Assembly (NCBI GenBank): GCA_963745145.1
Contig: CAVUWE010000002.1
Span: 1,009,780 to 1,073,779, forward strand
DNA: 64,000 nt
DNA from: Vulcanimicrobiota bacterium
GTDB taxonomy: Bacteria; Vulcanimicrobiota; Vulcanimicrobiia; Vulcanimicrobiales; Vulcanimicrobiaceae
Direction of reading: 5' to 3'
Shown: piece after piece, positions 47,230 through 59,173 of the stretch
How the letters are laid out: every line of letters starts with the position of its first letter
Numbering within the stretch: the first letter of the stretch is position 1
The notes under the pieces: generated by a model
Told to the model about the DNA's origin: nothing
The model's input: only the letters and a program-made list of their open reading frames with translations
Databases searched by the model: none
Program-made: the position numbers and the translations under genes

Positions 47230-48315
47230 CTATAGAGTGATGCGGCCCGTCCGGTCGGCGCTGGATTCGACAAACCACATCGTGCCGTCCGGACCGGCAA
47301 CGATCGTCGTTGGACCGGCGCGGGGATCGAGGTTCTTCGAGTATTCGCGGATCCGGCCACCCATGGATACGCGGCCGATCTTCGACGCACGCACGTTATA
47401 GGAACCGTAGGTCTCGTACTCGATAAACCACATCGCACCGTCGGGGCCGGCAGCGAGATCGTAGGGCTCTTCCGTCGCGGTAATGCCATGCGAGTACTCC
47501 GTAACGATCCCTTTTGTGGTAATCCGACCGATTCGGCTGCCCGTCCGCTCGGTGAACCACAGGGCACCGTCAGGACCGGGCGCGATCGACCAAGGCTGCG
47601 AGCCGGCGGTGATGCCGTTGGCGTACTCCGAGACCTTGCCGCTCGTTGTAATGCGACCGATCCTGCCGGCGCTCGGTTCGGTGAACCAGAGGGCGCGGTC
47701 GGGCCCGGCGGTAATGTCGAGCGTCGCGTTTGCGATGGAGTAGGTCTTAATCCGGCCGCCGGTTGTGATCCGGCCGATCGCGGGGCCGTCGGGGCTCTGC
47801 ATGGTGAACCACAAGGCCCTATCCGATCCCGCAGCGATGCTCAACGGAGCGCCGTAGCTTTTGAGCGGGAAGTTCGTGAATCTGCCGTCCGTGGTCATTC
47901 GTACGATCTGCCCGTTGTAACTATCGGTAATCCACAACGCGCCGTCAGTGCCGGGCGTGATGTCTTGAAACGAAGCACCCTGCGTCGACAGCCCCTGATA
48001 GTAAAAGACGTTCGTCGCTCGTCCCGACGTCGCCACCCGCACGACGGCGTTCTCTCCGTAATCCTGATCGATGTCGTCGGTGACCCAGAGCGATCCAGAC
48101 GTCTGCGCGACGGCGGAAGGATAATAGTCACCGCTGATCTGCGGAAGGTCCGAGAACTCTCTGATCCTGACGTGTTTGCCCGAGGGCGAAGCCCAAGAGG
48201 GACTCGCTTCCGCGGCAGTGGCGAGCGGAAGAGCGGCGCCGCTGCCAGCGTTGGAACATCCCGCTGCGAATGCCAGCCCGCTGAGAATCAAAGCGGCCGT
48301 AATCCGGTGTGTCAT
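47230..48315 (-). CDS. Vgb/streptogramin-lyase-like beta-propeller lipoprotein (paralogue B)
   Basis: Lipobox FAAGC and the same blade repeats. ATG 48315 is preceded by GAGGAGG. Confidence 0.8.
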   Translation of the reverse strand: MTHRITAALILSGLAFAAGCSNAGSGAALPLATAAEASPSWASPSGKHVRIREFSDLPQISGDYYPSAVAQTSGSLWVTDDIDQDYGENAVVRVATSGRATNVFYYQGLSTQGASFQDITPGTDGALWITDSYNGQIVRMTTDGRFTNFPLKSYGAPLSIAAGSDRALWFTMQSPDGPAIGRITTGGRIKTYSIANATLDITAGPDRALWFTEPSAGRIGRITTSGKVSEYANGITAGSQPWSIAPGPDGALWFTERTGSRIGRITTKGIVTEYSHGITATEEPYDLAAGPDGAMWFIEYETYGSYNVRASKIGRVSMGGRIREYSKNLDPRAGPTTIVAGPDGTMWFVESSADRTGRITL

Positions 48316-48349
48316 GCATGCCTCCTCGCGGCGACCAACGCCGCCCACG

Positions 48350-49423
48350 TTAGATGTCGACTCGTCCCAACCGGTTGACGTCGCTCTCCGCGAACCACAG
48401 CCGGCCGCCGGGACCCTGCACGATCGTTGTGGGTCCCGAGTGGCCGCTTAAGTGGTATTCGCTGATTTGCCCGCTCGTGGTGATCCGCCCGATCCTCGAG
48501 GAGCGTGCGTCGAACGAACCTCCGCCTGCGTACTCAGTAAACCAGATCGCTCCGTCGGGGCCGGCGGCGAGATCCACCGGGCCTTCTCCCGCCGAGATGC
48601 CCTGCGCGTATTCGGTCACGCTCCCGCGCGTTGTGATGCGGCTGATGCGCCCGCCTTTCAACTCGGTGAACCAAAGGGCGCCGTCGGGACCCGAGACGAT
48701 CGAATACGGCTGCGAACCCTGCGTGATGCCGGCCGAGTATTCGGTGATTTTGCCGCGCTTGGTGATGCGCCCAACTCGATCTCCGCTCGTTTCGGTAAAC
48801 CACAGCGCCCCGTCCGGACCTACGGTGATGTCCTGCAGTGCCGCACCCGGCGATAGGCCTGCGGTGAAGGTAGTGAGCTGCCCGCTCATCGTGATTCGGG
48901 CGACGGCCGTTCCTTCGAAATAATTCTCCACGAACCACATCGCGTGATCGGGGCCCGACACGATACCCTCGGGACCGGCGCCGTCCAGCGGGAACGACGT
49001 AAACGTTCCGCTCGTGGTCATGCGCAGGATTTGACCGTCGGCCGAGTCGCTGATCCACAGCGCGCCGTCAGGGCCGGCCGCGATATCGACGCACCACGGG
49101 CTGGCGTAGTTCTGGTAATAAAACGTTTTCGTTCGATCACCCGACTTCGTGATGCGCGCGACGGCGCTTTGGCCCGCGTCTTGATCGATGTCGTCGCACA
49201 CCCAGAGCGCGCCGTCGGGACCGACCGCGAGCGCCGTCGGGAAATAGTACGGCGGGTAGTTTGGGAGGTCGTGGAACTGCCGGATCTTGACGGGATCGCG
49301 CTCGCGCTGCAGCCCGCTCGCGCCGAACGGCCTCGTGGGCGCGACGTTCCCTGGGCCGGAACAGCCCCAGCCCAAGCCGATCAACGCGGCCAACCCAATG
49401 GCGAGGTGCGTTTGCGCTCGCAT
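48350..49423 (-). CDS. Vgb/streptogramin-lyase-like beta-propeller lipoprotein (paralogue C)
   Basis: Lipobox LGWGC and the same blade repeats. Confidence 0.8.
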   Translation of the reverse strand: MRAQTHLAIGLAALIGLGWGCSGPGNVAPTRPFGASGLQRERDPVKIRQFHDLPNYPPYYFPTALAVGPDGALWVCDDIDQDAGQSAVARITKSGDRTKTFYYQNYASPWCVDIAAGPDGALWISDSADGQILRMTTSGTFTSFPLDGAGPEGIVSGPDHAMWFVENYFEGTAVARITMSGQLTTFTAGLSPGAALQDITVGPDGALWFTETSGDRVGRITKRGKITEYSAGITQGSQPYSIVSGPDGALWFTELKGGRISRITTRGSVTEYAQGISAGEGPVDLAAGPDGAIWFTEYAGGGSFDARSSRIGRITTSGQISEYHLSGHSGPTTIVQGPGGRLWFAESDVNRLGRVDI

Positions 49424-49468
49424 GACTACCTCACGGCGGAACTTCTAGGGAGCAGTGCCTTCGCCGAA

Positions 49469-49527
49469 AGTTGACTTTAGTCCCCGCGAGCCTATAGTTG
49501 ACATTAGCTGTCAGGTTTGCGTAGTTT
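49469..49527 (+). promoter_or_regulatory. putative sigma70-type promoter with two AGTTGACnTTAG direct repeats upstream of the WYL regulator
   Basis: TTGACA at 49498-49503, then 18 nt, then TAGTTT at 49522-49527. The 12-nt repeat occurs at 49469-49480 and 49496-49507. The GTG start is at 49537. Confidence 0.3.
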
Positions 49528-49536
49528 GATGGGGTC

Positions 49537-50487
49537 GTGAAGGCCGATCGGCTGATTTCGCTCTTGTTGCTGCTGCAGTCACGGCGCCAGTGCAGCGCGC
49601 GCCTGCTGGCGGAGCGCCTCGAGGTCTCGGAGCGCACCATCTACCGCGACGTCGACGCGCTAGGCGCCGCCGGCGTGCCGGTCTACGCCGAACGGGGAGC
49701 GGCCGGCGGCATCGTGCTTGCGGACGGCTATCGTCGAGCGCTCACCCACTTCAACGAGGACGAGATTCGCGCGCTGTTCTTCTCCGGATCGAGCCCGCTC
49801 GCCGATCTCGGTCTCGAACGTGGCTTCAGCCGCGCGCTCGAGAAGCTGCGCGGCGGGCTCGCCGACGTAGCTCAGCGAGCGGCGGAAAAGTCGCGCTCGC
49901 GCATCCATCTCGACCGGCGCCGCTGGAACCAGCCCGAGCCGCCGCGCGAGCTCTTGACGACGCTGCGCCGCGCCGTGTGGGAGGACCGTCGCGTGCGGAT
50001 TCGTTACGAAGATCGGAACCGCACGCAATCCACGCGCACGGTCGATCCCTTGGGATTGGTGTCGAAAGCAGGCGTATGGTATCTGGTCGCGCGCTGCGAT
50101 GGCAAACTGCGCAGCTTTCGCGTCGAACGCGTGCGCTGCGCCGACGAGTTACCAGAACGCTTCGAGCGACCTGACAGCTTTGACCTGGAGCGCTATTGGA
50201 GCGAATCGTCGGCGCGCTTCGCCGAGGCGTCGCGCAGCAGCGATTGCGTGGCGACGATGCGGGTCCGCAACGACGCCCTCGAACGCGTTTCCATCTACTG
50301 GCCCGCCGAGATCGCGTCGCGCGGCAAACGCGAGTCAGTCGTGCGCGTGACGTTTCCCGCTAGAGAAGTTGCCGTCTTTCAAACGCTCGCGTGGTGCGAC
50401 GTTGCGACGCTGCTCGAGCCTGCCGAGCTGCGCGTCGCGGTCGCCGCGGCCGCTCGGCGCGCCCTTACGCTTTACGCTGGTGAATGA
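49537..50487 (+). CDS. YafY-family transcriptional regulator (HTH plus WYL domain)
   Basis: N-terminal HTH LAERLEVSERTIYRDVDAL. WYL region VDPLGLVSKAGVWYLVARC. Confidence 0.85.
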   Translation: MKADRLISLLLLLQSRRQCSARLLAERLEVSERTIYRDVDALGAAGVPVYAERGAAGGIVLADGYRRALTHFNEDEIRALFFSGSSPLADLGLERGFSRALEKLRGGLADVAQRAAEKSRSRIHLDRRRWNQPEPPRELLTTLRRAVWEDRRVRIRYEDRNRTQSTRTVDPLGLVSKAGVWYLVARCDGKLRSFRVERVRCADELPERFERPDSFDLERYWSESSARFAEASRSSDCVATMRVRNDALERVSIYWPAEIASRGKRESVVRVTFPAREVAVFQTLAWCDVATLLEPAELRVAVAAAARRALTLYAGE

Positions 50488-50809
50488 TGAACCCGTTGCC
50501 TTCCGGATCGCTGCCGAACGCCATATAGCAGACGGGCGATTCCACGAGGTCGCTGAGCTGCAGCCCGCGGGCGCGATAGTGCTCGACCGCGGCCTTCGCG
50601 TCGTCGACTGCGAACATCATGGCTCCGCCGCTCCCGCCCTCCTCGGGCTTCCAAACGCCGAACGTCGATCCGTCGGCGAGGGTGAACTCTGCGCCGCGCC
50701 CCTCGGGATCGATCTCGGTCGGCTTCATGCCGAGCACGTCGCGGTAGAAGGCGATGGCGGCCTGGGGATCTTTGACGAGGTATGCTGCGATGTCGATTCC
50801 TTTAATCAT
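50465..50809 (-). CDS. VOC/glyoxalase-family protein
   Basis: 114 aa from ATG 50809, with AIAFYRDVLGM and a beta-alpha-beta-beta-beta pattern. 3' end convergent with yafY. Confidence 0.7.
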   Translation of the reverse strand: MIKGIDIAAYLVKDPQAAIAFYRDVLGMKPTEIDPEGRGAEFTLADGSTFGVWKPEEGGSGGAMMFAVDDAKAAVEHYRARGLQLSDLVESPVCYMAFGSDPEGNGFIIHQRKA

Positions 50810-50863
50810 GTTCCGAGGATACGTGCGCATATATGACACCTGCTGTCATGTATCCGCGCGGCC

Positions 50864-52102
50864 TTAGAGCATAACGCGGCGGAAATCTGCCAGGAGCTCC
50901 GCGATGTAGACCAGGAAGCGCGCGGCGCCGGCGCCGTCTATGACGCGGTGGTCGTAACTGACGCTGATCGGCAGCATCAAACGCGGGGCGAACTTCTTGC
51001 CGTCCCACATCGGCTTCATGGCCGTGCGTGTGGCGCCCAGGATTGCGACCTCGGGCGCGTTGACGATCTGCGTGAAAGCGGTTCCGCCGATGCCCCCGAT
51101 CGAAGAGATCGTGAACGTGCCGCCCTGCATCTGGGCTAGCGTCAGCTTTCCCTCGCGCGCCTTGCGCGCGAGCTTCTGCGCCTCCCCCGCGATCTCGATC
51201 AAGCCCTTGACGTCCGCGCCCTTGATTACGGGAACGACGAGCCCGCCGGGCGTGTCGGCCGCGAACCCGATGTTGTAGTACCGCTTGTAGACGAGCTCCT
51301 CGCCGTCGAGCGAGGCGTTGAACTCCGGGAAGCGCTGCAGCGCCGCCACCGACGCTCTCATCAGAAACGCGAGCATCGTCAGCTTAGGCCCCCCGGACTT
51401 GGCCTGCTCCGCATTGACCTCGCTGCGAAGCGCTTCGATCGACGTAACGTCGGCTTCGTCGTAGTTGGTAATGTGCGGAATGGCGACCCAGTTCCGATGC
51501 AGGTTTGGGCCGGAGAGCCGTTTGATGCGCGATAGCGGCTTTCGCTCGATCTCGCCGTACTGCGCAAAGTCGGATTTCGGCCACGGTGGCAGTCCGGCGA
51601 ACGCCGTGCTGGCGGCCCCCGCCGAGCCGCGCACGAAGCTTTGCACGTCCTCCTGCGTGACCCGGCCGCTCGGTCCGGTGCCGGCAACGCGGCTCAGGTC
51701 GACGCCACGTTCGCGCGCGAGTCTTCGCACGACGGGACTCGCGTGCACGGCGCCGTCTCCGGACGCCGCCCGGCTCACCACGGCTTGCGGCTGCGCCGCT
51801 TGCGGCCGTGGCTTTTCGGCCGAGGGCGCCGGAGGCGCGCCAACCGGCGGTTTTTCGGGGGCGGCGACGCCCAATACCAGAATCGGCGCGCCCTTCGACA
51901 CCCTGTCGCCGACCTTCACCCTCACGTCCTCAACGACGCCGTCTGCCTCGGCCGGAACCTCCATTGAGGCCTTCTCGCTCTCGAGCGTGATCAGCGAGTC
52001 GTTCTTCTTGACGCGATCCCCGGCTTTGACCAACACCTCGATTACGGGCACGTCTTTGAAGTCGCCGATGTCGGGAACGCGCACTTCGATGGTTTCACTC
52101 AT
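50864..52102 (-). CDS. aceF: dihydrolipoamide acetyltransferase, pyruvate dehydrogenase E2
   Basis: One lipoyl domain (LESEKASMEVPA), a PSBD (ASPVVRRLARERGVDL) and a catalytic domain (SYDHRVIDGA). ATG at 52102. Confidence 0.92.
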   Translation of the reverse strand: MSETIEVRVPDIGDFKDVPVIEVLVKAGDRVKKNDSLITLESEKASMEVPAEADGVVEDVRVKVGDRVSKGAPILVLGVAAPEKPPVGAPPAPSAEKPRPQAAQPQAVVSRAASGDGAVHASPVVRRLARERGVDLSRVAGTGPSGRVTQEDVQSFVRGSAGAASTAFAGLPPWPKSDFAQYGEIERKPLSRIKRLSGPNLHRNWVAIPHITNYDEADVTSIEALRSEVNAEQAKSGGPKLTMLAFLMRASVAALQRFPEFNASLDGEELVYKRYYNIGFAADTPGGLVVPVIKGADVKGLIEIAGEAQKLARKAREGKLTLAQMQGGTFTISSIGGIGGTAFTQIVNAPEVAILGATRTAMKPMWDGKKFAPRLMLPISVSYDHRVIDGAGAARFLVYIAELLADFRRVML

Positions 52103-52118
52103 AGGATTACCAACTTTT

Positions 52119-54797
52119 TCATACCGTAATCGGATTGGGCTTGTTGGGATCGATGTGGTATTTCTCGATCGCCTTCTGCACGCTCGACTGCGGGATCGTG
52201 CCTTCGTCGGCGAGCGCCCGCAGCGCGGCGACCGTGACGAAATGCCGGTCGACTTCGAAAAACTCGCGCAGCTTGCGCCGGAAGTCGCTTCGTCCGTAAC
52301 CGTCGGTTCCAAGCGCAACGTAGCGGCGGCCCACGAACGGATGGATCTGCTCGGCGAACGTGCGGATGTAATCGGTGGCGGCGACGCCCGGCCCCGGGCG
52401 GCCCTGCAGGCACTCCTCGACGTAGGATAGCCGCGGCGGCTCTTGCGGGTGCAGCATGTTCCAGCGTCGCGCGGCGACGCCGTCGCGCTGCAGCTCGTTG
52501 AAGCTGCTCACGCCCCACACGTCGCTACGGACGTTCCATTCGGAGGCGAGCAGATCGGCCGCGGCCTCCACCTCGCGCAGGATCGCGCCCGATCCGAAGA
52601 GCTGCACGCAGGGCGCTTTGTCGTCGGCCGGTCCTGAGCTTGTCGAGGGACGCAGAAGATACATTCCGCGGAGGATGCCGTCGCGCGCGCCCGGGGGCAT
52701 CGCGGGATGCCGGTAGTTCTCGTTCATCAGCGTGATGTAGTAGTACACGTCTTCTTGCTCGACGAGCATTCGTCGGAGCCCGTCCTGCACGATGACCGCG
52801 AGCTCGTACGCGTACGTGGGATCGAAGCTCACGCAGTTGGGAACGAACGAGGCCGCAACCTGACTGCTGCCGTCCTCGTGCTGCAGCCCTTCGCCGTTGA
52901 GTGTCGTGCGCCCCGAAGTCGCGCCGAGGAGGAAGCCGCGCGTGCGGCTGTCACCGGCGGCCCACGTGAGGTCGCCGATTCGCTGGAAGCCGAACATCGA
53001 GTAGAAGATGTAGAACGGGATCATCGGCAGGTCGTGATTCGAGTACGAGGTCCCCGCAGCGATCCACGACGAGAGCGCGCCTGCCTCGTTGATGCCCTCC
53101 TGGAGAATCTGTCCGAGCTTGTCCTCGCGGTACCACATCAGCTGCTCGGCGTCTTGCGGACGGTAGAGCTGGCCGACCGACGAGTAGATGCCGAGCTGAC
53201 GGAACATGCCCTCCATGCCGAACGTACGCGACTCGTCGGCGACGATCGGCACGACGCGCGCCCCGATCTCCTTGTCGCGCGCGATCGTGTTGAGGATGCG
53301 AACGAAGGCCATCGTCGAGGAAATCTGACGGTCGCCCGTGCCTTGCAGCTGCGCGTCGAATGCCGGGAGCTGCGGGACGGGCAGCGCCGCCGACTTCCTG
53401 CGCCGCTGCGGAACGCTGCCGAGCTCCGCGATCCGCTCGCGCAGGTAGCGCATCTCCGGCGCGTCCTCGGGTGGCTTGTAAAAGGGAATCTTCTCGCCGG
53501 CGATCGCGGCGTCGGAGATCGGAAGCGAGAAGCGATCGCGAAACTTGCGCATCGCCTCCACTTCCATCTTCTTGGCCTGGTGCGCGATGTTCTGGCCTTC
53601 GCCGGCCTCGCCCATCCCGTAGCCCTTGATCGTCTTGGCCAGCACCACCGTCGGCTGTCCGCGGTGCTCGACGGCGGCCTTATAGGCCGCGTAAACCTTC
53701 AGCGAATCATGGCCGCCGCGCTGCAGCGCCCAGATTTCGTCATCGCTCCACTCCTCGACGAGCGCCTGCGTCTCCGGGTAGCGATTGAAGAACGCCTCCC
53801 GCACGAACTTGCCGTCGCGCGACTTGAACGTCTGATAATCGCCGTCCACGCACTCGTTCATCAGATGCACGAGCCGGCCGCTCTTGTCGTCCTCCAGCAG
53901 CTGGTCCCAGCGGCTGCCCCAGATGACCTTGATGACGTTCCAGCCGGCGCCCTTGAAAACGCCCTCGAGCTCTTGAATGATCTTGCCGTTGCCGCGCACC
54001 GGGCCGTCGAGCCTCTGGAGGTTCGCGTTGATCACCCAGATGAGGTTGTCGAGCTTCTCGCGGCCGGCGAGCGAGATCGCACCGAGCGATTCGGGCTCGT
54101 CGGTCTCGCCGTCCCCCACGAACGCCCACACCTTCCTGCCCGTCGCGTCGCTCAAACCGCGATCGTGCAAGTAGCGCATGAAGCGCGCCTGGTAGATCGA
54201 CATGATCGGCCCCAGCCCCATCGAGACCGTCGGAAACTGCCAGAAGCCCGGCATCAGCCACGGATGCGGATACGACGACAGGCCTCCGCGTTCGACCTCT
54301 TGCCGGAAGTGCTCGAGCTGCGACTCGGTGATGCGCCCTTCCAAGTAAGCACGTGCGTAGACGCCCGGCGACGAATGCCCCTGAAAGAAGACGAGGTCGC
54401 CGCCGAACGACTCGCTCGCCGCGCGGAAGAAGTGGTTGAAGCCCACGTCGTAGAGCGTCGCCGCCGAAGCGAAGCTGGCGACGTGGCCGCCCAGCTCCGA
54501 GCTGATCTTATTGGCGCGAACGACCATCGCAAGCGCGTTCCAGCGAACGTAGTGGCGCAGTTGCGCCTCCAGCTCTCGGTCGCCGGGCATCGGCGTCTGC
54601 CGGTCGGGCGAGATCGTGTTGACGTATGGCGTCACGAAACCGAGCGAGACGTGAGCGCCGGCGCTCTGCGCCTCGTCCACAAGGGACTCGATGAGCTGGC
54701 GCGCTCTTTCGGGGCCTTCGGCGGCCAGGACGCCGCGCATGGCATCGAGCCATTCGCGGGTCTCTTGAGGATCCGGATCGTGGAAATTCGTGGCCAT
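52119..54797 (-). CDS. aceE: pyruvate dehydrogenase E1 component (homodimeric AceE type)
   Basis: 892 aa from ATG 54797. The N-terminus DPDPQETREWLDAMRGV parallels E. coli AceE. TPP motif GDGETDEPES. Confidence 0.93.
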   Translation of the reverse strand: MATNFHDPDPQETREWLDAMRGVLAAEGPERARQLIESLVDEAQSAGAHVSLGFVTPYVNTISPDRQTPMPGDRELEAQLRHYVRWNALAMVVRANKISSELGGHVASFASAATLYDVGFNHFFRAASESFGGDLVFFQGHSSPGVYARAYLEGRITESQLEHFRQEVERGGLSSYPHPWLMPGFWQFPTVSMGLGPIMSIYQARFMRYLHDRGLSDATGRKVWAFVGDGETDEPESLGAISLAGREKLDNLIWVINANLQRLDGPVRGNGKIIQELEGVFKGAGWNVIKVIWGSRWDQLLEDDKSGRLVHLMNECVDGDYQTFKSRDGKFVREAFFNRYPETQALVEEWSDDEIWALQRGGHDSLKVYAAYKAAVEHRGQPTVVLAKTIKGYGMGEAGEGQNIAHQAKKMEVEAMRKFRDRFSLPISDAAIAGEKIPFYKPPEDAPEMRYLRERIAELGSVPQRRRKSAALPVPQLPAFDAQLQGTGDRQISSTMAFVRILNTIARDKEIGARVVPIVADESRTFGMEGMFRQLGIYSSVGQLYRPQDAEQLMWYREDKLGQILQEGINEAGALSSWIAAGTSYSNHDLPMIPFYIFYSMFGFQRIGDLTWAAGDSRTRGFLLGATSGRTTLNGEGLQHEDGSSQVAASFVPNCVSFDPTYAYELAVIVQDGLRRMLVEQEDVYYYITLMNENYRHPAMPPGARDGILRGMYLLRPSTSSGPADDKAPCVQLFGSGAILREVEAAADLLASEWNVRSDVWGVSSFNELQRDGVAARRWNMLHPQEPPRLSYVEECLQGRPGPGVAATDYIRTFAEQIHPFVGRRYVALGTDGYGRSDFRRKLREFFEVDRHFVTVAALRALADEGTIPQSSVQKAIEKYHIDPNKPNPITV

Positions 54798-54889
54798 GCT
54801 TGGCCCATCATTAGAGCCCGCGATGCCGAGTTCTTCCAAGCGGCTCCATCCAATCGGTGGGTTGGCAGGTTCCATTTGGGCGCGTGGGA

Positions 54890-57738
<2,849 letters not shown>

Positions 57739-57742
<4 letters not shown>

Positions 57743-58224
57743 CGCGAAATCGGCCCTGCGCGGTGTTGTTCGATCGCGACGAAACGATCGTCGTCGACGT
57801 GCCGTTCAACGGCGATCCGGACCGCGTCGAACCGGCTCCGAATGCTCGCGCCTTGCTCGACCGCCTGCGCGCGGCCGGCTTACCCCTCGCGGTCGTCAGC
57901 AATCAGAGCGGCATCGGTCGCGGCTTGATCGCGCCGGGGGACGTTGATGCCGTAAATAGGCGAGTCGAAGAGCTCCTTGGGCCCTTTGCGGGCTTTTTTA
58001 TCTGCCCGCATGCGCCCGAGGACGCGTGCGACTGCCGAAAGCCAAAACCAAAATTAATTCTCGACGCTGCGCGCGCGATCGGCGTCGACCCGGCGTGCTG
58101 CGTCGTCGTCGGCGACCGCGAGAGCGACGTGGAAGCCGCGCGCAACGCCGGCGCGATTCCGCTGCGAATAGATGGTCCGCGCGGCCTGGCCGGCGCGGTG
58201 GAGGCTATCCTGCGGCTCGTCTAG
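57739..58224 (+). CDS. gmhB: HAD-IIIA phosphatase, D,D-heptose 1,7-bisphosphate phosphatase-like
   Basis: Contains FDRDETIV, VVSNQSGIGRG, the CPHAPEDACDCRKPKP zinc motif and VGDRESD. GTGA overlap with the upstream gene. Confidence 0.65.
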
Positions 58225-58875
58225 CTATTGCGGGGATGTCGCGTCGAGCCAGTAATCGGTGTCGACGCCGCGCGTAGGAAGCGCGACGGCGAACGCGGTC
58301 GCGGGCAGATGGACCGTCTTGGTGAGGTGTTCCCACGTGTCGAGTACGCGCGCTACGTAGTTTTCCGTTTCGTCGTACGGCGGGATGCCGCCGTACCGGG
58401 TAACCGCCCTGGGCCCGGCGTTGTACGCGGCGAAGACTAGCTCGTAATGCTTGCTCCCAAAGCGACCAACCAAGCCTCGCAGGTATCGCGCGGCGCCCGA
58501 AAGATTTTGGCCGGGATCGCGCGGGTTCACACCGAGATTCGCGGCGGTGCCCGGCATGAGCTGGCCTAGCCCAATGGCGCCGGCGCGGGAGACGGCGTGC
58601 GTGTGCCACCGGGACTCGACCGTTACGATCGCGACGAGCATGTTGGCGTCGAGGCGCCAGCGCTCCGCGTTGACGAGGACTCGCCGTGCGAGCTCCCGGC
58701 TCTGCCAACCCGGCATCTGCGGGTTGATGTGACGGAGGACCGTCGCGTAGACGGCGATCGCGGTGGGCGTCGCCGGTACGGTGCGATGGGCGGCTTGCGC
58801 GGGTGCTAACGTGCAGAGAAGCGTGCAGAGTGTGAAAGCGGCGGTCGCCAGGAGCCTGGGGGCAGTCCTGCGCAT
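58225..58875 (-). CDS. lytic transglycosylase (SLT domain), secreted
   Basis: Contains VTVESRWHTHAVSRAGAIGLGQLMP and AYNAGP. Signal peptide from ATG 58875. Confidence 0.78.
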   Translation of the reverse strand: MRRTAPRLLATAAFTLCTLLCTLAPAQAAHRTVPATPTAIAVYATVLRHINPQMPGWQSRELARRVLVNAERWRLDANMLVAIVTVESRWHTHAVSRAGAIGLGQLMPGTAANLGVNPRDPGQNLSGAARYLRGLVGRFGSKHYELVFAAYNAGPRAVTRYGGIPPYDETENYVARVLDTWEHLTKTVHLPATAFAVALPTRGVDTDYWLDATSPQ

Positions 58876-59082
58876 ATGGGGCCGGTGGGTTCGAGCCGCA
58901 CGCCGACCGCGCCTTCCGGGGGAGGGCCGCCCCGGACTGCCTCCCGGCGGCGCTTGGCGCTTGCAATCGTCGTCGGGCTCTTCGTCGTGATGTGCGCGAT
59001 GATCGCCTGGTCTCAGTGGTACGCCGTCCACGTGAACGTGCCGCTCTACCAGCGGGAGTACCCAGTTCCCTCGGCCCGTTAA
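58876..59082 (+). CDS. small single-TM protein, hypothetical
   Basis: 68-aa track ORF with a high-GC3 TM segment LALAIVVGLFVVMCAMIAW. No clear Shine-Dalgarno sequence. Confidence 0.35.
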   Translation: MGPVGSSRTPTAPSGGGPPRTASRRRLALAIVVGLFVVMCAMIAWSQWYAVHVNVPLYQREYPVPSAR

Positions 59083-59173
59083 GGGCGCTCGCTTTGATGT
59101 TTCTTTGACTCCGCCCTCGCAGGACTGACGCGGCGACGCGCGGCTACAGCCTAGACCAGGAGGACTTTAGAAG

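Noticed and set aside
46107-49423. A roughly 25-nt imperfect DNA repeat (cggtgaaccaNagggcgccgtcgggacc...) recurs about every 120-126 nt, superficially like a CRISPR array or tandem repeat.
   Set aside because: The periodicity equals one propeller blade (about 41 aa). The repeat encodes GPDGALWFTE on the minus strand, within continuous ORFs. The 'spacers' are homologous to each other.
54798-54872. A longer aceE start (MEPANPPIGWSRLEE...) upstream of ATG 54797.
   Set aside because: MATNFHDPDPQETREWLDAMRGV aligns with the known AceE N-terminus. The extension would run towards the divergent TPP riboswitch region.
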